Assembly: GCF_902652985.1 (NCBI RefSeq)
Contig: NC_047015.1
Coordinates: 41,478,001 to 41,542,000, forward strand
DNA: 64,000 nucleotides
DNA from: Pecten maximus
Taxonomy: Eukaryota
Direction: 5' to 3'
A model generated the notes under the pieces. It was not told where the DNA came from. It saw only the letters and a program-made list of their open reading frames with translations, and searched no databases. Positions 13,701-25,700 of this stretch are shown here, piece after piece. The stretch's first letter is position 1. Each line of letters starts with the position of its first letter. A program made the translations under genes and the position numbers.

Positions 13701-16700
13701 TTACCGATGATAGACAAGATAGTTTGAAGCCCCGAATGGAACCTCTTTTAAAGGTATTGATGTAATTGCCGAGATACAGGATGATCTGGGTAAAAAAATG
13801 AAACAGGCTTGAGTTCTTCTTCAATGTAAACATAATTACGACAGCGTGTTTTCTAGATAATTGAAATATAAAACTTTATTAAGATTTGTTTTAAGGTAAC
13901 ATTACCTCGAACACTTTCCTGATCCGGTCACAGTTCAGCAAAGAAGATGCGGATTTGTGAATGCTATTTATCTCCTGAAATAGATACAAAGGTATTCATT
14001 TTATTCACAACACCTTCCCATGATATATCTTATGCAATTGAGTGTTCTGAATTTATTTCCAAAAGAAATAATTGTTGCAAAGTTTATCGACAGTTTAGCG
14101 TGCTGTACGACTTATCTCCCCTTTTCCTGTCGAACTACACTTACCGGTGAGAGGGCGTCAACTCTCTTCTGGAACTGATTCATGAAGGCCATACAACTCA
14201 GTTTTCCTTCCAGATCCGAAACGGATACTAGCTGTAAATAGTACATAATGTTACATATAAGAGTACTGCACTGGTTCCAACTATATCAAATATATTAATT
14301 TTTGAAATCATGTTTTAAATAAGTTAATCAAATTGAATTATTGAATTAAATGTTTATTATTTTTATTTAACATAAGTTGTCAGAATGAACGGCATGGTGA
14401 AATTTTACCTGAACCATGAGTTGTTCCGTTTCTGCCAGGTCATTATAGTTACACGCTAGTGACATCACGTCTCTCAGCTAATAAAGAAAGAAATGTTTGT
14501 TGTCATGGAAATATTAATAACCAATTAATAGTCTTAAGGTCTTTATTTACATGTATAACACGTATAACTGATCGAAGATACAGAACAGACAAAATGCATC
14601 TGAATCACTGTCAAATCACTGTCAATTATTATCAAATATGCTAAAAAAAAAAAAAAAAAATCAATACAGTATATCAAAACTTATCGAATGCAATTCTTAT
14701 ACAAATGTAAATAGGGTAAATATAATGTACCTCGGTCTCCGTTGGAATGAACCGCGACAGGAGTTCGGCACTGTCCGCATCCACTCTCTCAAAGTCATAT
14801 TTGTCCAGTGCTGCTTTCAGGGCCTCCGCTGTCAACCCAATCTTCCGCCGGGCTAGCACTGTAAGGTACAAAACAAATCCATATTGACAAATATCTCAAC
14901 CATTTAGTCTATTTAGCATATACATATTTTTAGATCGATAAAAGTGACTTTGTGTAATCATAATTCCATTCGATAGATACTTATATCTCGTGTTTCATTA
15001 TCTTTAAAGTCTATTGACATAGATATGTTGAAGCTGAATATAGAGAAAATATAATACTTTATCTTTGATGTGTCAACGCGGTGTTATTTACAACCTTTGT
15101 TTTTTAGCATACTTACGCAAATTATGTGCTCTAGAACTTTCCAGAAAAGTTCGTTTGTTTTCCCGGCGTCGACGTCGCGATTCTGGAAATGGGAATACAC
15201 CGTATTTTCTATATAGGTTTTAAAACACAAATATCACAAATGTCATCACACATAATTGAAAATTGGGAGATTATTCTAAATATCTATATTGTTAAAGGGA
15301 CTAAATGGTTAGATTTCAATAATTTCTATATGCATTTGATTTCCGGAAAGCGTTGTGATACTTGAAATTAAATTGTTTACAAAATTATGACACTTTTTGT
15401 GAAATATTGGCAATGTTTATCAACTTCGAATTATCGCTGAACAACATTTGTTGTTTACATCGGAGAGAGCCGAGTGCGTCACATGATTTCAGTATCCTCG
15501 CTTTCACCCGACGAAAATGGAATCGAGGTAAGTGTAAACATTTTGTCACGTGGATGTAGAACGTGATTACTTTGCAATCGGATGGTTTATACGGTCTCGA
15601 GGAGTACCGATCGTTATTCACTATTGTTGATTGAGAGCTCAAACAGATAAAAGTACGTATAACCCTCAGAAGTAGCATGTAAAATTTTGACATTCGGCAA
15701 TGGGGCCTCCAAAGGGGACTTCGTTTCGTTTATTGTGATGTAGGAAAACATTATTATTATTCATCTTTGAAGTGTTCATTCAATTCAATATCGTCCCAAT
15801 GTAAGAAATCGAAGTGTAAACTCAAATTGGAATTGCTATTTTGTATGACCGTAAGTGCTATGACGACGTAACAGCTATACAGTTGTAACCAGACATATAT
15901 GTCTCTGTTGTAACATACAAAAAAAATGCCGATCACTAACGTGATAGGCCTACCCAAAATTGAATTCGATTTAAATCTGATTAATGGAGATCTACATTGT
16001 AAATTGATTGCACTGAGAGCAATACACAAACTGTAGGTCTAGATATAAGAAAAAATAATTCAGTTTTACACAGAAATTGTAATTTATTCGACTGTTTGAA
16101 TCCCTCGGCCTTTCAGATTGACATCCTAATTAAAAATCGGAACCTTCATTGAGTTAGTAGTTTTTGCACTTAACTTTGCTTCTGTTTAATGATTGTAGTT
16201 AAAATGTTGTTGAAAGCCTTGTACGTTATTTAATGAATTATATAATTAAATATGTACGTTAAGAAATGGATAACACTGATACATGGTAAAAGATGGATAT
16301 GAGTATTGTTGATTATCTCATTTATATCAATAATGTATTATCTCACTTATATCAATTTATCATCGATATAAATGAGATATTTAATTCACAATACTGATGT
16401 CCATACTGTTTTAATAATTCAATGATTAGCTGACAGTCTCAATGATAGTCATGGATTGAGGAATTGGACTATTCTCAAGTTTACCTACATGTACAATTAT
16501 GTTCATTTATATGTTACATGTTCTTGTATTTCAGTCAACCTCAATATCATCTTGATTGGCAAGTCAGCAGAGCATGCAGTCTAATTATATATGGGTAGAG
16601 GTCAAGGTGACAGGAGTAAAGAAAATATAGAAATCGTGAAAATTTAAGCATTTCATTGGTAATCACTTTGTCTGTTTGCCCATACACATAAGCTGAATTA

Positions 16701-19700
16701 TCTTATTTCAAGGAAGTTGTTTTGACACCTGTGCAGTGAAAAGGTTTGATATAAAATCAAAATAAATTACATTACATCATTGAATTCATGGAAACCTTTT
16801 GTTTTATGTACCATATTTCATATGCAGCAGTTTTCACTGATACTGGCTTATGTAAAACAAGAGGCCAATTGGCCTTAATGGTCACCTGAGTTTTGAAATA
16901 TTCAATTTAATTGACCCTTTTTAGCCTCGCCCAGAAGGTCAGTCAGGGCCAACATGTGCATGCGATCAAGCTGTCATCCCATGCTGATAATGTTAATGAA
17001 GTTAGAATGAATTTCAATAGAAATCAAACAAATGCTGATCAAAATTGTGATTTCCCTATATAAATTTAGTCCCCCATCAGGGTCATGAAATTCACAATTT
17101 TTGTTAAAGACACCAGTATATGATTCTACCATATCTGCGAGCTGAGAAGATCTTTCAAATTTTAGTCAATTTGACCCTTTTTGACCCTGCCCCTCAGGTC
17201 CCTGGAGGTTGGGACTATGTAATCCACAGTTTTGGTTGACCTTTTGACCATGAAAGCTTACTGACAAATTGTTTAAAGACAAGCAAGGAAAGACGACGGA
17301 CAAAAGTCAGTTAGAATAGGTCACTTCATACTTCATCTCAGTTGACCTAAAGATCCAACCCTAATTTATCAGAATATCAACAGAACAGTGACTTATGATG
17401 TTGATAATACACTAAACAGTAAATGCACAGTACAATTTGTCTCACAAATAGTTTTGATATAGAAAACACTGAGAAAAGTCAAACATGCAAATAAAGAATT
17501 TACCACATTGTATTTATTGTCTTGCTCAGATGTAAGCATTGGCATCAATGACTAGAGAAAGTTGACTGCCATGACTAGTGACTTAACATCAATGACAATT
17601 GTTGGCATCAGTGATAATTGAGTGTTGACATCAATGACTATTGAGTATAATGGAGTGTTGACATACATGACTGGAGTATTATGGAGTGTTGACATACGTT
17701 ACTAATGAGTACTAGTGAGTGTTGTCATCCATGACTATTGAGTATTAGTGAGTGTTGACATAAATGACTATTGAGTACTACTACTAGTGAGTGTTGTCAT
17801 CCATGACCATTGAGCACTAGTGGGTGTTGACATCAATGAATTTTGAGAGTTTATAAATTACTTGTGAGTGTTAACATGAATATTTCAATAGTGCACACAT
17901 GTACAGCTATGAATAATCATTTTTGACTAAGCATTTAAATTTCAGACCAGACAATGTTGTTTGTCTCTTGAGATTATATAAATTTTGAAATTAAGGCTGC
18001 ACTGATTATCATATGACATTAATGGAATGGATAACAGCTAAGCTATTATAGTAACATTATACCAATAAACTAAATACTACTCAAATTTAAGTTACATTTC
18101 AAACATTTTTCTACTTTTGAACTACCTCTCCCAACAATGGTTCAAACTACAAGTGGACTAGATGTAATTCTTGAAAAAAAAAATGAGTTAAATCCTTTTT
18201 TTTTTTGCTATACCAGGTAATTCTCTTATTTTGCCCCGAAAGGTGCCACTCAGATGATGGTGACGCTTCATTTATGCAACATATAACATTGCCACATAAT
18301 TCTCCTGACCAAATTTCATCAAATCCATTTAATTGTTCAGGACTAGTAGAATTTCTAAAAGAGTTTCCATTCTGACCAGTGAACTAAAAAAATGTTAATA
18401 ATAAGACCATTACAAAGGGCAATAACTCTGCAAACTACTGTCAAAAACTACTGTCCAATAATTTCCATTTTTGAAGTTGTCTGAGATCTTGTCGATATAT
18501 GGCTGCTTATAAAGTTTTATTAAATTTGGTATATTCTGACATTTACTCAAGTTATTCAAATATTGTGTTCACAATGTTGACAGACGAATGCCGGACGCCT
18601 CAGTATGGCATACTCACCTTGGTCCTTCGGACCAGGTCAGCTACTAAACGTAAGGACAGATATTCAAAAGTAATAGTCTCTGGAACGTGATTAGTCTCAA
18701 AATGTCAATTATTCCCATTCATCTTAATTGGGATTTCTTCTCCTCTACCATTTGGGCAGTAGATGGTGGAGGAGCATGGGCTAGGAGTTTGAATCTTCTG
18801 GGATCTATTTGATGCAAGGGTTTTGGCTAGATATTCCAGTTCTATCTGTTATTCTGTTGGCCACTATCAGATTGATGAGTCCCTGGATGTGTTGGTATGT
18901 CCTTTCCACCTTGTACGGCACTTTTTGTCCTCCAAGAACTTTTGTGTTATAAATCCTGTGATATCTATAAGAAGAAGAAAAGATATTTTCTTACACAAAA
19001 TCAATGTAATTTCCAGTTACACAAACCAACAAAATGTGCAAAATTGGCAATATTATAATCATGCCTTATATTGAAACATAGCAGTCATTATTTATCATGC
19101 AAAGATGGCTCTTCACGATATTTTGTCTGATTTTTCATCAAATAATTCGCCTGTCAACATTTTCTCAACTTACATTCAAGCTTAATTAGCCTCTACACAC
19201 AATCAAGGCTTCTGCTGGGTCTTAAATATGTATACCAGTATCAATAGTTGAAAAATGTAAATTCAACACAACATATGTTGTGTTTCGCTTACGTTTTCGG
19301 GCCTAATGACTATCTTAAGGCATGATATTGTATATATGTGACATCATAATGTGGTATCCAAGACGTCAAATAAATGAAGCGTATGAAGATGGCCATTAGG
19401 CCCGAAAACACCATGGGAAATAACTAAACTAATTATGGTGTTATTGCATTAATTTGGTGAATCAATCACTATCAATATATAATGCAAAAAAAAAAAAAAT
19501 ACTAAATTCACGAAATTGATACTCCAGAAGTTTTTCAATCTCCAATTGCACAATATCTTACCAAATACACTAAGAATTCAGCAATTTTCAACAAGTGTTA
19601 AAAGTAGAGGATACATGTGTAACAGGAGATCAGGAGATAACGTAGCGTAAGCGGCCAGACCGGGGTTCCAACCCGGGCCTCCGAACACCAGCCGGATGCT

Positions 19701-22700
19701 CTACCAACTATTGAGCTACCTGGTCACTGATGATCGACTCAGTCCAGTCCCGCTACACATGCATGCAGCTCATGCATGAATTATAGTGGTCAAAACTGAT
19801 TGGTTCACTTATTCTGATTCAAATTATTAATTACAAAAAAAATCCATTATTGGTAGCTGCTAAACAAAAACAATATTTCAAATCCATTCATTTTAATTAG
19901 AAAAAAAAATTGTTATCGAAAATTGATCGGTTGGTGGTATCTGATTACAAACCAATACATGTATAGGAATTGGTTATGTTTTCAAACTGATTATATACAA
20001 TATGTGTCATATACTATAGACCAAAACATGTAATCAAACTTGACGCCTATAGATACGTATATATATCTACATTTTTTTGTATATCAATATGCAAATCATA
20101 ACGTAATAACAGTTCACAGTGATACATGACTTGTGTTGTATAATTATGAGAATTTTGAATGTTAATTAGCATCGACAGAAACTATTCCACGACTTTTTAA
20201 TTATACGACTCAATAAATAAATAATGTTCTTCCTTCGCATCCAAATGCTAATGATTTATATAAATATTTGTTAATTAATGGCCTCAAGGATTAGTAATTA
20301 ATTAACTATGAAAAATACCTAAGTGCGACTAGTAATAGTGTCGTCCGTAGTGGCTGCATGTACTCCATGTCGCCTGTGGTCATCTTCATTGCTTGGCTTC
20401 AGTTTCTTTATGACCAGATCTACATTATACGTACGCTCTAGATCTCAGGCTTGCTTTCAAAACTGTACAACGGAATATTAATAACACAATGTAAACTTAA
20501 TGTGTAATATACAGGCAGTCTAACAAAAGCATAAAGTCATCAAGTTTACTTTCTGGTATAATACGATTAATTTGACAAATGTCAAAATTCCCTCTTGGGC
20601 GCCCCCTTTGATTTGTATTCCCATTTAGGACATGTTGAGGGGCGAGTACAAAACCCGGAATGCACTCAGGCGTGAAGAGATTTTTGTTGATTTATTGTGT
20701 TTATTAGGTCATAATTCCGTTATTACTGAATGGATTTTTGTTCGGATACCAGCAGTAAAAGGGTTGATTTATCCCCTTTAAAATGGTATAAGTTATATTT
20801 AACAGTATCAAAAATTAGAAGTGAAAGTGGTGGCCGGAATGAACCCATACGGAAAAAAATGTCGATATTTACAACTGTTTTCGTTATAATAAATACCCAT
20901 ATCTCAAATATTACTGAACAGATTTTTGTTCGGGAACCACACAAAAACGGAGAATTTAGTACTCTTTCACATGATATAAACTGTTTGAATACATGTTCGA
21001 TATTACTTTCAAAAGTGGTGGCCGGAATGAATTGATGTGGTGTGAAAAAATAGCAAAATCGTCAAAGTTACATGTAAATTTCCATCTTTATTGGTCAATA
21101 ACTCTTTTATTACTTAACCGATTTCTGTTCGGAACACACTCTAGACAAGATAATTTTATAGGCTTTAAGCTGATATAACTTTTATTAATATTCATTACAA
21201 ATTCGGTGCAAAAGTGGTGGCCGGAATGAACCTAGTTGAAATTCACGGACGCCATTTTACGAGTATGTCCAAGCCGATACCACACTACGTCTATACTAAA
21301 ACAACATACTATATAGGCCTATACGGTACACCGGTCACCATGACCAGGTAACGGGCGGCTCGTTCACACCTTGATGAATATAATTAATCTTTAGATGACC
21401 GATGGCCGATGACTGTTAACTAGGAAGCCAATTATATACTACTTATAAGATAATCCAGTCCAAGACAGTGAATCAGTTCAAGAACCTAATGTTAGTAAAG
21501 TTAGTGAATCTAAAGAAGTAGACATATCAAACGATCTCAAAACCGACAAACAACAAATAACTGATAATATTCAAGAAGGTTTAGAAAATAAAAGTCAACC
21601 ATCAAATAAAAATCTGTCTCAGGTATGTTTAGCTAGATTAGTTTTAGAAAATAATGGTGTCACTTTTGTTGAAAATCAAAAAGCGTTCGTTGTATGTGGG
21701 AACAACAATTCTAAAGAAACTTGTCAATGTCCGTCTACTGGAACTTGTTACCATATCATGGCTGCTAGAATGAAAATGGGGGATGAAATTGTAGACAGTA
21801 AAAGAACCGTTAGTTTAAAACAGTTATCTAAAAACAGTTTAAAAAGAAACGATAAAAAATCAGGCAGAAAAAAACGAAGATGTAACGATTATGATAGGGA
21901 TGTAATTGCGGCACCTGATTCGGTTACTCTTAATCAAGATAATGATACAATAATGGTAGATAGTACGCCACCTAAAACGCCAAAATCTACGAAAAAACTA
22001 GGTCCATCAAAAACTCCTATTCAACAAATAAAGACTTCCTACAAATCAATCTATTAAAAAGGAAACTTTAAGTCCTGTAAAAAAGGAAACCACGTGTTCC
22101 AAAAAGAAATTAAGATTTCAGTTAGAAGATTCTGATACATGTAATATTAGCGAAGATAATGTACAACTTGTTAAAAAACGTAAAGTCGCTGATAACACAG
22201 AGTCGCTACACTTAACTAAATAACTTAAATGAAAGCCATAAACTTAAAATTTCCAATAAAGAATTGATTTGTTCTGATATTATAAATGAAGTACAATCAA
22301 TAATGTCTAAACAATTTCCTGGTTTGAATGGTTTTCAGTTGACAAACTTAGCTCCAGTATATGATTCAAATAAATGCAAATGGAAAAACCAAATAGCTTT
22401 TCAATCTGTAGTTTCACCTTCTGTTCAAATTCACCATAATGGAAGAGACCACTGGGTTACAAGTTTTCAAACAAGTAATGGAAATATATCCCTTCTAGAC
22501 AGTTTAGCATCAAAAGAAAATCATACTGTAACAGTTAATACTCCGTCAATCGAACTTCAGCTTTGTAGTATTTACGGTAATAATAAAAGTAGTATCCCAG
22601 TCAAAATTTTAGATGTACAGGATCAAAATAATGGCTACGATTGTGGGCTTTTTGCAATAGCTAATATGGTAGAATTTTGTTTTAAAGGTAATTCATTCAA

Positions 22701-25700
22701 ACAAAAAACTAACTTCATTTGAAATCAAATGCGGGATCACTTAATTTGGTGTTTAGATAAAGGTTATTTCATGCCGTTTCCACAGTTCGTTAAAATAGCA
22801 TCACAACTAAAAAAGGCAAGTAATAACAGTATCACAATAAATTGTAGTTGTTCTTGTGGGTTTCCAGATTGGATGGATGAAATGATTGGCTGTGACTGGA
22901 GAACAGGTAGGGTACATTGCAAAACGTGGAAACATAAAGAGTGTGCAAATCTTACAGAGTCTGAAGAACAATGAAACGAAAATAGAATAAAAAGATTACA
23001 ATAAAAAAATTAAATTCATTTAAATAAAACAATAAAGCAAAAATAAACTGACTCTATGAAAATAAAAGAATAAAAAAAAAAAAAAAAAATAATGGGCTCT
23101 TAAGTAGAACTGCGTCCACGTCGCAGAGCCTGGTAACATTCTAACATAATGGCTAAAAGTTCTACAGGTAATTTTTCCTTGCTCGAGTTACTTCCCTTGT
23201 ATTAAAGAACTAGCATGTAGCTTGTGTTGTTTTTACATTCAACTTTTGTTCAAAATGGCGTCCGTGAATTTCAACTAGGTTCATTCCGGCCACCACTTTT
23301 GCACCGAATTTATAATGAATATTAATAAAAATCATATCAGCTTAAAGCCTATAAAATTATCTTGTCTAGAGTGTGTTCCGAACAGAAATCGGTTAAGTAA
23401 TAAAAGAGTCATGGACCAATAAAGATGGAAATTTACATGTAACTTTGATGATTTTGCTATTTTTTTACACCACATCAATTCATTCCGGCCACCACTTTTG
23501 AAAGTAATATCGAACATGTATTCAAACAGTTTATATCATGTGAAAGAGTACTAAATTCTCCGTTTTTGTGTGGTTCCCGAACAAAAATCTGTTCAGTAAT
23601 ATTTGAGATATGGGTATTTATTTTAACGAAAACAGTTGTAAATATTGACATTTTTATTCCATATGGGTTCATTCCGGCCACCACTTTCACTTCTAATTTT
23701 TGATACTGTTAAATATAACTTATACCATTTTAAAGGTCATAAATCAACCCTTTTACTGCTGGTATCCGAACAAAAATCCATTCAGTAATAACGGAGATAT
23801 GTCCTAATAAATACAAAATATTATGAAAAATCTCTTCACGCCTGAGTGCATTCCGGGTTTTGTCCTCACCCCATGTTGAGGCCAATACCAAGCGATTCAT
23901 GCCGTGTTAACACTACGTGACCTTTCTTAAGCTTAATCTCGATATCAGTTGTTACCATTTATGATAATTATGTATCATCAAGTACTATCAAGTCATCATC
24001 TGGGCGTACACGACAGTTGATCTACGAAACATCGAAGTCCAGTGCTGTCAACTAACCTGTTCAAGGCATTAGCTTGGCCAAAGGAGGGTCTGTTTTAATC
24101 CCTTCGGTCTTTTTTAACTGATGCCATCTGCTTGCTCTGTCTCTAAGATACGTGTTCGTCTTTGTGAAGTTAAAATCACGTTCTCGATTATTCGTTTCTT
24201 CTTGCTCTCGGTTAAAACTGATTCAGGACCCTTCCACTTAGATCGGGTGTTCGCCATTTTTGTTATGATGTTTCCAATTTCCCGCATCGCGCATGCGCAA
24301 AGGTACGCAGAAGTATTTGTTTACACACATCGAAAAATAATAATATGAAATAACTACTAGGTTAGTCAAATTTATTTTATTTTTTTCATTAAATTTTAAC
24401 AAATTGTTATGGACACTTTTGAAATGTATAATTAACATAAAGTGCTTAACTTTTTACATCATTTTAAATCGTATATCCTTTTTTATATATTATTTAAGTG
24501 GAAATCTAGCCATTTAGTCCCTTTAATGATTTAGCATTTTCGCGTACATGTACTTAATTCCTATTGTCTGAACATTTTTCTAAATTTCTGAAACAGCAGA
24601 TGATCATTCTATGGTAGGTAGTGTAAAAGAAGGAATAAAAACTTTAATTTTACCTGGAAACTTGTTCTGTGTGATAGGTGGTTTTATCGCTTCAAGACGA
24701 AACGCTGCTTCAAAAGCGTCTATGTCTTCATCGCGTAGAACACATACACCGCTCAAGGTCTGAAATAAAGAACTTACACATACCAGATTGGTGCCATATC
24801 ATCATGTAAGGATATACAATGCGTGTATATTGTATCCTTAGATTAAATCAATTTTAAAAAATTAAAAAAACAACCTATGTAGAGTTAACTCGAATGTCTT
24901 CAAATATTTTAAATCCTAAAACAAAGTTTTTTTCTCTTTCAAGAATTTTCCTACACATGTGAGTTGGATTTAAGGAGCTACTACCTGGAAAATAGTGTCC
25001 TGCACATCGTGAAGGGGTTTCCAATAGAGAAACGGAAAGTTAGTCCCCGTGTTTGGTTTTCTTTGGGACCCGGAACATGGTGGGAGTGGCGGTGGATCTG
25101 CAACATCACATGAGTGTTCAGTAACGTGATGAACATGCGCCAATATGTATTGATTGATAAAGTCATGTCAATATGTACGTCTCGGTAAGGACATGTCAAT
25201 TAACGTTCAAAAACGAATCATAATAGAAGTAAAATAACGCTACGTCAATAATTAACGCCATACCAAAGAAAATAGATCAACTAGGACACAATCGTCAGAA
25301 AAGAAACTTACAACTAAAATAGCTCTACGTCAGTTTGTAACATTAATTATCACACCTAAATTTGATAATATGTCTGTAATAATATAGACGTCAATATGTT
25401 TGTACTTACCTGGGACGTTTGGGTGGGTACTTTCTTCACCAGTTAGTGACTTCACGGACGCGTTCCCCGAATCAATGACGCTTGAGTTCTTTATGCTCTA
25501 TTTGTAAAGAACACACTCGTGGGTACGAATAACACTTTGATATTAATACCGGATTTAAGGGATATTGGCAGAACATTTCAGGGACGAAATTAAACTGACG
25601 GTGTAAAGTAAACCTGCATGCGGAATATTATCATTAGGAAGTCAACAACTACATACTGTACTGATGTATGTAATGCATACTAATTGATTTCTATATTCAC

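Larger units (their letters stand above)
15296..24522 (-). mobile_element. Kolobok-type DNA transposon (decayed, 9.2 kb including nested insertions) filling formin intron 12
   Basis: TTAA at 15292-15295 and 24523-24526 flanks 22-bp TIRs AGGGACTAAATGG(T/C)TAGATTTC (1 mismatch). TTAA TSD with AG...CT termini fits Kolobok rather than piggyBac (CCC...GGG). Coding remnants lie inside on the minus strand. Confidence 0.85.

Noticed and set aside
20723-21178. ORFs duplicated at 20730/20993 (+) and 23475/23332 (-)
   Set aside because: These are chance ORFs inside the two MULE TIRs, not genes.
15292-24526. piggyBac assignment for the TTAA-flanked element
   Set aside because: Termini are AG...CT rather than CCC...GGG, and the coding remnants resemble Kolobok proteins.
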